Position numbers and translations under genes: made by a program. From contig JAHLLQ010000010.1 of NCBI GenBank assembly GCA_020444065.1, forward strand, positions 11,677-75,676: 64,000 bases of DNA. Reading direction: 5' to 3'. Of the stretch, positions 54,374 through 62,515 are shown piece after piece. The notes below the pieces were generated by a model, which was not told where the DNA came from, did no database searches, and saw only the letters and a list, made by a program, of their open reading frames with translations. Source of the stretch: a bacterium (GTDB lineage Bacteria > Sumerlaeota > Sumerlaeia > SLMS01 > JAHLLQ01). Within the stretch, counting starts at the first letter, position 1; every line of letters begins with the position of its first letter.

Positions 54374-56611
54374 GTGGCGCAGACAACTTTGAGACGGCTT
54401 CGATCGGCAATCGTGGGACTGGCGCTTGTGGCGCTTGCACCGGTGGCCATGGCGCGGACAGCGACGGTGTATTTGCGCTACGACAATTCGGATTCGAAGG
54501 CGCCGTATCCCCAGATGTTTGCGGCGGGTTCGTGGGACGAATCGGGGGCGTTCGACGATACCTGGAGCGGGTTCGAGCGGTTTGCGCTGTCCGACGATGG
54601 GCTGCACGGCGACGAGGCGGCAGGGGATGGAATCTGGGGCGGCGTGGCCGAGGTGCAGGCCGGAACAGGCGCGACGTTCATGTTTGCAGCGGACTGCGAC
54701 CAGTGCGGCGATAACGGGTGGATCGGGATCGGCCAGACGTTCGAGGTTCCGGACGATGTGGCGGCGATGGCCGTGGATTTCCACCTCGGCATTCTGTGGA
54801 TGCGGACGATGGGGTCGGTGGGCTGGATGATGGTGGGGTCGCCGTCGAAGGATGCGGTGCGCGGTGAATACGATCGGCCATTGCATCCTGTTTGCATTCC
54901 CTGCGCGGGAACGCACCCGACGGGGTTGGCGATCGCGCGCCTGATTCCGTGGCAGACGAAGGTGTCGCAATCGGAAACGGGGCGCATGCAGGTGGAGTTG
55001 AACAGCGCGGCTCGAATCAATCCCGGCGACGAGGTTCGGCTGGAGTTGTACTCGGTGGAGGGTGCGCTGCAGCGGCAGTATCAGAAGACGGCGGCGGCGC
55101 TGGTGACATTCGACATCGAGCCCTGTCTGCTGGAAGGCGGGTATCACTGCATCGCGACGATTGTGAACGGCGACAACGAGTACGATCGCGCGGATCGGGT
55201 GTACTCGGTCGTGAACGACATGTGGAACGATGTGCGGTATGGGTTCTACACGAACTTCGGCAGCGTCGGCGGAGACTATGTAAAGAAGACGGATATTCTC
55301 GTCGATTTGTATATTAACGCGATCGAGTACTACGACTACTTCCCGGCGCACGGAGTCTATGCGCCGACCGAGTTGATCTATAACGCGGAACCGTTCGGGG
55401 GGACGATCTATCTGCAGGACGTACTCAATAAGATGTCGGAGGCGAGGGAGAAGAACATTCTCAACATCGCGTACATCGCGGCCTACGCCGGTGCGCCGGA
55501 TCTGGTGAATTCGATTTCAAATTCCCATCTAACGAACTCGGCGGGGAACTGGCTGGCGTTCTACGGCGGCGAGGTTGGGATCGATTTCGAGTTGGACGGT
55601 CTTTGGTACTACCTGACGGCGTTTGCGCCGGATACTCCGTGGCGGACGTATTTGTGGGAGGAGTTGACGAGGACGCTGCAGGACAACGAAGGCGACTATG
55701 TTGCTTTCGATGGGTTTGAAATCGATACGTATGGATACACCGGAGATTACTATTCGGCGGGGAGTGCGTATAATGGGACGCCGATGAATACGATGCTGCC
55801 GCAGTTCGCGGCGGACGTGCGGGACCTGGTTCATTCGGTTAAGTCGTACGGCATGACGACGATGAATAACCTGGCGGAGCAGAATATCCTGCAGATGTTT
55901 GACAAGGTGGATTTTCTGTTTGTCGAAAACTGGAAATGGCACAAACCGAACTACCACCAGGTTGTCGAAATGGTGTACTACAACAGTAAGGAAAGCCGGC
56001 AACGGTTTGTTTCGAAGTCCTATCCCGCAGATACCGAAATGAATGTTACGGCGTGGCCCGCGGAGAACTTGCGCTATCTGATGGGCTCGCACCTGGCGGG
56101 AGGTGGAAGTTTCATGGTTGCCGGCGAGCCGCGGGAGTCGACCGGTCAGATCGGCGGGCTGAATTCTCTCTACTATCCGGACAACCAGCCGCAGAGCGAA
56201 GAGAATTACAGCATCATTCGGAATTACAATAAACACGACGCGGCACTGTATCGATACACGCATGGGAAGAACGTCGCGCGGCCGGGGAACGACCTGGCAA
56301 TTCCGGATTGCATGATCTATAAGACTCGGCCGGAGGACAGCAATTCGTACGTGTGGAACATCCTGCACAATAAGGACAATTGGCTGTGGGCGGTGCAGAA
56401 TAGCGATCCGGGCGTGATCGAGATTTATGAAATCACTTACGCGATGCCGGCGGGAGAGGCTCCCGAGGCGGTCTATTGGGGGACGCCGGATAACGACTGG
56501 ATGGTGTATCCGGTGGCGCTTGATTGGGAGTTTGAAAATGGGAATCTGCGGTTTGCGATTCCGGAGTTGCATTACTACGGGACGCTGATTGTGAAGTTCA
56601 GCCGACTGTAA
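54374..56611 (+). CDS. Second secreted GH66-like enzyme, paralogue of 32435-34984 lacking the CBM48-like domain
   Basis: GTG start after ggaga, LSDDGLHGDEAAGDGIW, VRYGFY, INAIEYYDYFPAHG, FDGFEIDTYG and LNSLYYPDN shared with the paralogue. Confidence 0.72.
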   Translation: MAQTTLRRLRSAIVGLALVALAPVAMARTATVYLRYDNSDSKAPYPQMFAAGSWDESGAFDDTWSGFERFALSDDGLHGDEAAGDGIWGGVAEVQAGTGATFMFAADCDQCGDNGWIGIGQTFEVPDDVAAMAVDFHLGILWMRTMGSVGWMMVGSPSKDAVRGEYDRPLHPVCIPCAGTHPTGLAIARLIPWQTKVSQSETGRMQVELNSAARINPGDEVRLELYSVEGALQRQYQKTAAALVTFDIEPCLLEGGYHCIATIVNGDNEYDRADRVYSVVNDMWNDVRYGFYTNFGSVGGDYVKKTDILVDLYINAIEYYDYFPAHGVYAPTELIYNAEPFGGTIYLQDVLNKMSEAREKNILNIAYIAAYAGAPDLVNSISNSHLTNSAGNWLAFYGGEVGIDFELDGLWYYLTAFAPDTPWRTYLWEELTRTLQDNEGDYVAFDGFEIDTYGYTGDYYSAGSAYNGTPMNTMLPQFAADVRDLVHSVKSYGMTTMNNLAEQNILQMFDKVDFLFVENWKWHKPNYHQVVEMVYYNSKESRQRFVSKSYPADTEMNVTAWPAENLRYLMGSHLAGGGSFMVAGEPRESTGQIGGLNSLYYPDNQPQSEENYSIIRNYNKHDAALYRYTHGKNVARPGNDLAIPDCMIYKTRPEDSNSYVWNILHNKDNWLWAVQNSDPGVIEIYEITYAMPAGEAPEAVYWGTPDNDWMVYPVALDWEFENGNLRFAIPELHYYGTLIVKFSRL

Positions 56612-56620
56612 ATCGAAAGA

Positions 56621-56721
56621 ATCCGGCTCGGGGAGGACGGCCCTTTGGGGAACCCCGAGCCGGATCTCCAGCGTCCGGCATCGATTGGGGAAAACGGGAA
56701 CCTCCCCCAGAGATGCCGGAC
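56621..56721. terminator. Two tandem hairpins between convergent genes
   Basis: atccggctcgggg pairs with ccccgagccggat (56621-56665) and gtccggcatc pairs with gatgccggac (56673-56721). Confidence 0.65.
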
Positions 56722-56725
56722 TCTT

Positions 56726-57832
56726 TTATGCAGCGGCCTCAAATTCGTTTGTGAACCAGCGGCGGCGCAGCCAGAAGGATACGCTGACGAGCATGATCAG
56801 AACGGGGACCTCGACAAGCGGGCCGATGACGGCGGCGAAGGCGGCTCCTGACCCAATTCCAAAGACGGCGATGGCCACGGCAATCGCCAATTCAAAGTTG
56901 TTGCTGGCGGCGGTGAAGGAGAGCGTCGCGCTGCGCGAGTAATCGGCGCCCATCTTCCAGCCGAGGAAAAAGCTGACCAGAAACATGACGACGAAGTAGA
57001 TCAAAAGCGGAATGGCAATTCGCAAGACGTCGATTGGCAATTCCACGATCTGGTTTCCCTTCAGGCTGAACATAACAACGATCGTGAAGAGAAGCGCGAT
57101 GAGCGTGAGCGGGCTGATAAGGGGGATGAATTTGTGTTCGTACCAATCGCGGCCTTTTGCCTTGAGCATCAGGAATCGTGCGGCGATGCCGGCGAAGAAT
57201 GGAATGCCGAGGTAGATCAGTACGCTGGTCGCGATCTGGGCGATTGTAATTTCAACGACCGCGCCTTCGAGGCCGAACTGCGGCAGAAGCCACGTGATGA
57301 AGAACCACGCGTAGAGGCTGTAGAAGAGGACCTGGAAGACGCTGTTGAATGCAACCAGCCCGGCGCAGTATTCGGTGTTTCCTTTCGCGAGGTCGTTCCA
57401 GACGATGACCATCGCGATGCAACGGGCCAGTCCGATCATGATCAGTCCGACCATGTACTCCGGATAGCCGCGCAGGAAGATGACGGCGAGGGCGAACATC
57501 AGGATCGGCCCGATGACCCAATTCTGCAGAAGAGAAAGCCCGAGTATTTTCCAATCGCGAAAGACTTCACCGAGTTCTTCGTAACGCACCTTCGCCAGCG
57601 GCGGGTACATCATCAGGATCAGGCCGATTGCGATCGGGATGTTCGTTGTTCCGACGCTGACGGAATCGAGAAGTTTCTCGATCCGTGGGACGAAGTGCCC
57701 AAGCGCGACGCCCGCGGCCATCGCAATGAAGATCCACAACGTGAGGAATCGATCGAGGAAGGCAAGCCGCCCCCGGGCGTTCGTCGGCGAACACCCGGCG
57801 GCGCACGAGGAACCGTCTTCGATAGGACTCAT
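56726..57832 (-). CDS. acr3: Acr3-family arsenite efflux transporter
   Basis: [48 protein letters not shown] and GPLVEVP. Confidence 0.95.
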   Translation of the reverse strand: MSPIEDGSSCAAGCSPTNARGRLAFLDRFLTLWIFIAMAAGVALGHFVPRIEKLLDSVSVGTTNIPIAIGLILMMYPPLAKVRYEELGEVFRDWKILGLSLLQNWVIGPILMFALAVIFLRGYPEYMVGLIMIGLARCIAMVIVWNDLAKGNTEYCAGLVAFNSVFQVLFYSLYAWFFITWLLPQFGLEGAVVEITIAQIATSVLIYLGIPFFAGIAARFLMLKAKGRDWYEHKFIPLISPLTLIALLFTIVVMFSLKGNQIVELPIDVLRIAIPLLIYFVVMFLVSFFLGWKMGADYSRSATLSFTAASNNFELAIAVAIAVFGIGSGAAFAAVIGPLVEVPVLIMLVSVSFWLRRRWFTNEFEAAA

Positions 57833-57834
57833 TT

Positions 57835-58713
57835 TCAGCAATCTCCGCCACAGCAGCAAGGCTTGGGTTTCACGGCGCTGATGTTCATGCTCGCGATATA
57901 GTCGGCGAGGGTTTCGCCTTCGGCAATGAGGGAGTTCACGCGCGATGCGATGTGGTCTTTGGTTTCTTCCATTGCCTGGATGTAGCCGGGCTTCTCTTCG
58001 AGTTGTAAATCGACGAGTCCGGCTTCGGAAATGACGGCTTTGAGTTCGTCGACTAGGAGCGCGCCCGCGACGCAACCGACGAGTGCCTGCGCGTCGTTTC
58101 GGATGGCCTCGGGGAGCGGCTTCTTCAGCACGATGTCGCTAACAGCGATGCGACCGCCGGGACGGAGGACACGCGCGATTTCGCGATACACGCTGTGTTT
58201 GTCGGGCGAGAGGTTGATCACGCAATTGCTGATGACGACGTCGGCCGTGTTGTCGGGAAGGGGAAGGGCTTCGATTTCGCCGAGACGGAATTCGACATTA
58301 TTCAGGCCGGAGCGTTCGCGATACTTGGCGACGTTCGCGCGGGCCTTGGAGAGCATCTCGGGCGTCATGTCGATGCCGATGGCGCGGCCGGCTGCGCCGA
58401 CTTTGCGACCGGCAATGAAGATGTCGAATCCGCCACCAGAGCCGAGGTCGACGACGACTTCGCCTTCGCTCAGGCTGGCGAGCGCGACGGGATTGCCACA
58501 GGACAGACCCATGTTGGCGCCTTCGGGCAGGTTCGCGAGTTCTTCCTGGCTGTAGCCGACCGTGGCGGCGAGCTGCTCGGCCGTGTCGACCTGGCCGCCG
58601 CAGCAGGTGGGGCCGCAGCAACTGTCGGAGTCTGCGGTGGCGACTTTCGCGTAGCCGGCGCGAACGGTGTTTCGGATTTCTTCCTGGCGAGCCAGGTCAT
58701 CGTGGTTGGTCAT
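57835..58713 (-). CDS. arsM: Arsenite S-adenosylmethionine methyltransferase
   Basis: [35 protein letters not shown] and Cys-rich termini. Confidence 0.93.
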   Translation of the reverse strand: MTNHDDLARQEEIRNTVRAGYAKVATADSDSCCGPTCCGGQVDTAEQLAATVGYSQEELANLPEGANMGLSCGNPVALASLSEGEVVVDLGSGGGFDIFIAGRKVGAAGRAIGIDMTPEMLSKARANVAKYRERSGLNNVEFRLGEIEALPLPDNTADVVISNCVINLSPDKHSVYREIARVLRPGGRIAVSDIVLKKPLPEAIRNDAQALVGCVAGALLVDELKAVISEAGLVDLQLEEKPGYIQAMEETKDHIASRVNSLIAEGETLADYIASMNISAVKPKPCCCGGDC

Positions 58714-59177
58714 GTTGGCGTTCCTTTCAATTCAAGCAGTTCGCTCGGGAGTGTTTCGATGAATGTCCGTATTTGATCGCGCACGGTGCGATAGCATTCG
58801 AGCGCGGCGTCTTCGGTTTCAGCGGCGGCGGCGAGTTTCGGCGGATCGTCGAAGCCGCGGTGCACGACGCGGGTGCGTCCCGGGAATCGGGGGCAGTTTT
58901 CGTCGGCGTGTCCGCAAACGGTGACGACGACGTCGAACTCGACGCCGCGATCAAGGAGGGACTGGAGCGTCTTCGATTCCTGGCCGGTGATGTCGATGCC
59001 CGCCTCGGCCATGACGCGGATCGCGCTGGGGTTCTGGCCGTGGGCGACGATGCCGGCGCTGAAGGGCTCGACGGTGTCGCCGATCAGATGGCGCGCCCAG
59101 CCTTCGGCCATTTGGCTTCGGCAGGAGTTTCCGGTGCACAGGAACAGCACCTTTGGCCTTGAGCTTGTCGTGCGCAT
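58710..59177 (-). CDS. arsC: Thioredoxin-type arsenate reductase (LMW-PTP family)
   Basis: VLFLCTGNSCRSQMAEG, VTVCGHADENCP and FDDP. RBS ggagga. Confidence 0.93.
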   Translation of the reverse strand: MRTTSSRPKVLFLCTGNSCRSQMAEGWARHLIGDTVEPFSAGIVAHGQNPSAIRVMAEAGIDITGQESKTLQSLLDRGVEFDVVVTVCGHADENCPRFPGRTRVVHRGFDDPPKLAAAAETEDAALECYRTVRDQIRTFIETLPSELLELKGTPT

Positions 59178-59515
59178 AATTCCTCCGGTGAGAGGGCGAG
59201 GATTTGGGCCAGCGCCTGGCTGTCCTGGTCGATTTCGGGCTGGTCGGCCATGGCGGCCAGGGCCCATTCGAGCGCGCCGCGGGCGGCGGCGTCGGTGGCG
59301 GCGATGCGATAGTACGCCCAGCGGCCGTCCTTGCGGACGTCGACCAGACCGGCGGCGGCAAGCTGGGAGAGGTGCTTGGAAGTGGTGGACGGGGCGAGCT
59401 GGAGGAGCTCGTAAAGCTGGCAGACGCAGAGTTCGCCGCGCTCGGCCAGGGCATGGACGATGCGGAGGCGATTGCGGTCGGCGAGTGCTTTCGTGATGGC
59501 GAGGACTTGTCGCAT
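59084..59515 (-). CDS. arsR: ArsR/SmtB-family repressor
   Basis: KALAD.NRLRI, ELCVCQL, STTSKHL and RKDGRWAYY. Overlaps arsC by 94 nt. Confidence 0.92.
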   Translation of the reverse strand: MRQVLAITKALADRNRLRIVHALAERGELCVCQLYELLQLAPSTTSKHLSQLAAAGLVDVRKDGRWAYYRIAATDAAARGALEWALAAMADQPEIDQDSQALAQILALSPEELCARQAQGQRCCSCAPETPAEAKWPKAGRAI

Positions 59516-59531
59516 GGCTTGCCTTTCGTTG

Positions 59532-59549
59532 TTTCGCCAAATAGCGAAA
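59532..59549. promoter_or_regulatory. Candidate ArsR operator
   Basis: Inverted repeat TTTCGC-N6-GCGAAA just upstream of the arsR RBS. Confidence 0.6.
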
Positions 59550-59589
59550 TGGAAGGTGGGGGGGAATGCAAGGGGAAAATGGGGGGGGC

Positions 59590-60130
59590 GAACTCGTACT
59601 CAGCGGAGCGGCACTCGATCTCGTACTCGGCTTTGCGGGTGTTCGAGTACGAGAGCGAGTACGAGTACGTGTACGACGTGAAGCCGGCGGTCCCCGGTGT
59701 TGGAGTGCTCTTGAGGTGGCTTGAGCATCCTTGCTCAAGCGCCAGGGGTGGTGGTGGGTGCGCGGTGGTTGCGGGCGCCCCATCCGGGACGTGGGGGAGA
59801 AGGGGATCGGTGGGTCGCGCCGATAGCGCTCGGCAACGGGGCGCGGGAACCCAGGGCTTGCGCCCTGGGCTGGTATAGGGCGGGGCGTTGCCCCTTTGCG
59901 GGGGGAGTGAAGTGTTGGTGGGGTGGCGGGCTGCGCGGGGGCTTGGCCAGGGATGGCCAAGTCACCTCGAGGTGCTGGCGTTCCCGTACTCGGCTTTGGG
60001 GAGAGATCGAGTGTGAGTGCGAGTGCGAGTGCGAGTACGAGTACGAGGTGAAGCTGGGGCGGCGGGTGTGATGCCGGCCGGAAGCCGGCGGTCCCATCCG
60101 CCTTCGCTCTGCGAGCTTCGGCGGACAAGG
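59590..60130. repeat. Mosaic of REP-like palindromes and GAGTAC hexamer tracts
   Basis: ctcgtactc/gagtacgag tracts, gaagccggcggtccc twice, cttgagcatccttgctcaag, cccagggcttgcgccctgggctggtat, cttggccagggatggccaagtcacctc and ccgccttcgc...gcttcggcggacaag. Confidence 0.85.
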
Positions 60131-60194
60131 GAGCGCGGGTGGCCCGGATTTTGAGTGCCACGCAGACAACTGGTGCCTTGAGGAGGCTCTGCGC

Positions 60195-60446
60195 GTGATT
60201 TGGATTGTTCTGCTGATGATTGCGACGACGGCGATGCTGGCGGGGTTGGCGATGGTGGCGCTGAAGATTGGGCGGGATTCGGATGAGGAGTACGGGGCGT
60301 TGACGAAGAATCAGTTGCGCGCGCTGGCGTATGTGGTGGCGTTCTTCATCTGCCTGATCGCGGTGTATGTGGAATGGAAGGTTGTGATCGTGGAGCCGGA
60401 GGCCGAACGGGCCGAGCAGGCTCGGCAGGTGGAGATGACGGAGTAG
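60195..60446 (+). CDS. Small two-TM membrane protein
   Basis: RBS gaggagg, GTG start, two hydrophobic segments, followed by a terminator. Confidence 0.65.
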   Translation: MIWIVLLMIATTAMLAGLAMVALKIGRDSDEEYGALTKNQLRALAYVVAFFICLIAVYVEWKVVIVEPEAERAEQARQVEMTE

Positions 60447-60456
60447 GCGAGCAGCG

Positions 60457-60483
60457 ACCGGCGATGAGAATCGCCGGTTTTTT
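60457..60483 (+). terminator. Rho-independent terminator
   Basis: accggcgat-gaga-atcgccggt followed by a T run. Confidence 0.8.
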
Positions 60484-60557
60484 CGTTCCCGGTTGCCCGC
60501 GGCGAGTTTCTGGTGTGATATCTGGGTTGGCTTTTGGATTTGTGAGAAGGGAGCGCC

Positions 60558-61031
60558 GTGGTGGGGAAATTCCCGAAGATCATCATGCTCATAGGTTGTC
60601 TGGCAGCGCTTTGTGTGGCATGCCATGTGAGTCCTCTTCTTCCTCCATGGAAGAAGAAGGTCACAGAGAAGGACATCGTGGGTGTCTGGAAACTCTCCGG
60701 CGAGAAGGAAAGAACAGGCTGCGACATTGATTTTATCGCGTATGCTCCGGTCGGTGCTGTCGTTTGGGCTGGGAAGTTGGAGGATATGCCCGATGAGTTT
60801 CCAGCGACATGGGAGTTTAGCTTTGCAGAGGTGGGATCCGCGAACTACACGGCAATCATGCTGCACCAGCCACCCCCGAGGCATGTCGGCTGGCCAATCC
60901 TCGATATGTACTGCGTCGATCGGTCGGGTAAACTGACGCTGCAATCTGCCGATCCGGATTCACTGATTCTGTTCACCAGGGTCAGAAGATCGGCTCCCAT
61001 GGTTATGAAGAAACTCGAGCGGGAAGAGTAG
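60558..61031 (+). CDS. Hypothetical exported protein, possible lipoprotein
   Basis: RBS ggag, hydrophobic N-terminus ending CVAC and a lipocalin-like DIVGVW motif. Confidence 0.5.
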   Translation: MVGKFPKIIMLIGCLAALCVACHVSPLLPPWKKKVTEKDIVGVWKLSGEKERTGCDIDFIAYAPVGAVVWAGKLEDMPDEFPATWEFSFAEVGSANYTAIMLHQPPPRHVGWPILDMYCVDRSGKLTLQSADPDSLILFTRVRRSAPMVMKKLEREE

Positions 61032-61074
61032 AGGTCTCGATATGTCGGGCGATTGGCTGGGACTTGGGGTTTGT

Positions 61075-61551
61075 ATGAAGAAGAAGATTCTGGTCATCGC
61101 ATTGTTGGCCGCTGCTATTGCAATGTGCATGGTCGCCATGTTGTTCGTGGCAAGACGCGTGCATAAGAAGGGCGGGCTGAGCAGCCTCCTGGACCCTCTG
61201 GATGTGTTGGTGGATTGGGTGTATAGCCTGGAGGATGTGCACATAGAGGACGATGAACTTCGAGGGGACAACTTGCTGGCGCCGCTGGCTGAGCTCGAAG
61301 GCGAGGCGATAGTTGTTCTCAATCTTGATTCAGGCCGCCACCGAATCGAACTGAATGGCGATTCGGCGGGCGATGTTCTCGAGAACGTGAAGGCGGCGTA
61401 TACCAACAGTGGGTGGGATTGTGCGTTCGCCGACGACCGTGTGGTTGAGATGCGGCAGCCGGAGGAATCTGTGAGATTCACGGCCTGGGAGACGTGCATC
61501 ACAATCAGTGGGAAGAATGGCGGGCGAGATACGGGTTCATTTGGTAGTTGA
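61075..61551 (+). CDS. Hypothetical protein with N-terminal membrane anchor
   Basis: MKKKILVIALLAAAIAM signal or anchor segment. Confidence 0.5.
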   Translation: MKKKILVIALLAAAIAMCMVAMLFVARRVHKKGGLSSLLDPLDVLVDWVYSLEDVHIEDDELRGDNLLAPLAELEGEAIVVLNLDSGRHRIELNGDSAGDVLENVKAAYTNSGWDCAFADDRVVEMRQPEESVRFTAWETCITISGKNGGRDTGSFGS

Positions 61552-61713
61552 AGGGAGTGCATGGCTGCACCCCATCATGGGAGGAAGGAATGATCACCGC
61601 TTTGTTTGCCGCGCACGCTTTGCTGTTCTTTGCTATTCGGCGGGAGTGACGGCGCGGCGAACCAATGAACGTCAATCAAGGCTGAATCCCTCAAGAACTC
61701 TCTGTGAGCAAAG

Positions 61714-62388
61714 ATGATGGTTCTCGGAATTACGACTCAGAGGTATCTAGTGCTTTGTCGCAGTTGTTCGGTCACTTATCCAGGTGAGCTCGGCCCCGAT
61801 GCATACGAGGGGTTCCTCCTGCTTGATCAGCACTATGCCCCCGTTGGGTGCTGGCAAGTAGATGATTGGCTGTGGGAGGATCTGCGTATCCGTGTAATGG
61901 AATACGATCAGATGCATCCAGAGCGAAATCTGCAAATAGAGTCGATGCAGGCGACAAAGCGTCAAGTCCAGCGCGATCTTCTGCTAGGTATGGTATTAGC
62001 CGCGGAATCGAATCGTCCGGCATATCGCCTGCATTGTCTTCCGCCCTGTCCGAACTGTGGAGCACCCCCCTCCCCATACGCGCGGATTGGACACGCCAAG
62101 AGAAACTTGGAGCGTCTCACTGCGGTGAAATGGCGAACGCGCCATGAGAGCGATAGGACGACGTCCGCAATTGAGTTCCTCGACCATTTGCACGAGCATC
62201 CCCCGCTCGATCATGTCAGTGTCTGCACAGTCCCGTACGTGACCACATTCGAGCAGTCGATTGGCGACATGATGGCCGTCGATCGAGAAGTGGCAAGAGA
62301 GAGGATTAGAGAGTACTACACGCAGTTCGGCATGGAGCCTCCCGACATCACCGATGATGATTTCGAAGTGCCTGACTACAGGTTCTAG
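61714..62388 (+). CDS. Hypothetical protein with two CxxC pairs
   Basis: LCRSC and PCPNCG. GC lower than host genes. Confidence 0.5.
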   Translation: MMVLGITTQRYLVLCRSCSVTYPGELGPDAYEGFLLLDQHYAPVGCWQVDDWLWEDLRIRVMEYDQMHPERNLQIESMQATKRQVQRDLLLGMVLAAESNRPAYRLHCLPPCPNCGAPPSPYARIGHAKRNLERLTAVKWRTRHESDRTTSAIEFLDHLHEHPPLDHVSVCTVPYVTTFEQSIGDMMAVDREVARERIREYYTQFGMEPPDITDDDFEVPDYRF

Positions 62389-62515
62389 GCCTCGCTCCAT
62401 TCGGCTGGATCGCACGTTTCCGTTGATCCTGGGGGCGGTTGTGGCGTCCCAATGGGTGGTTCGATTGGTTTGAGATTCGCTCGCGGAGCCTGGGTTGGCC
62501 CGAGGGAGTTGTGGT

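Noticed and set aside
58710..60944. 744-aa ORF suggesting a large ArsC fusion
   Set aside because: Only the last 155 aa are ArsC, with its own RBS before 59177. The rest crosses arsR, repeats and opposite-strand genes.
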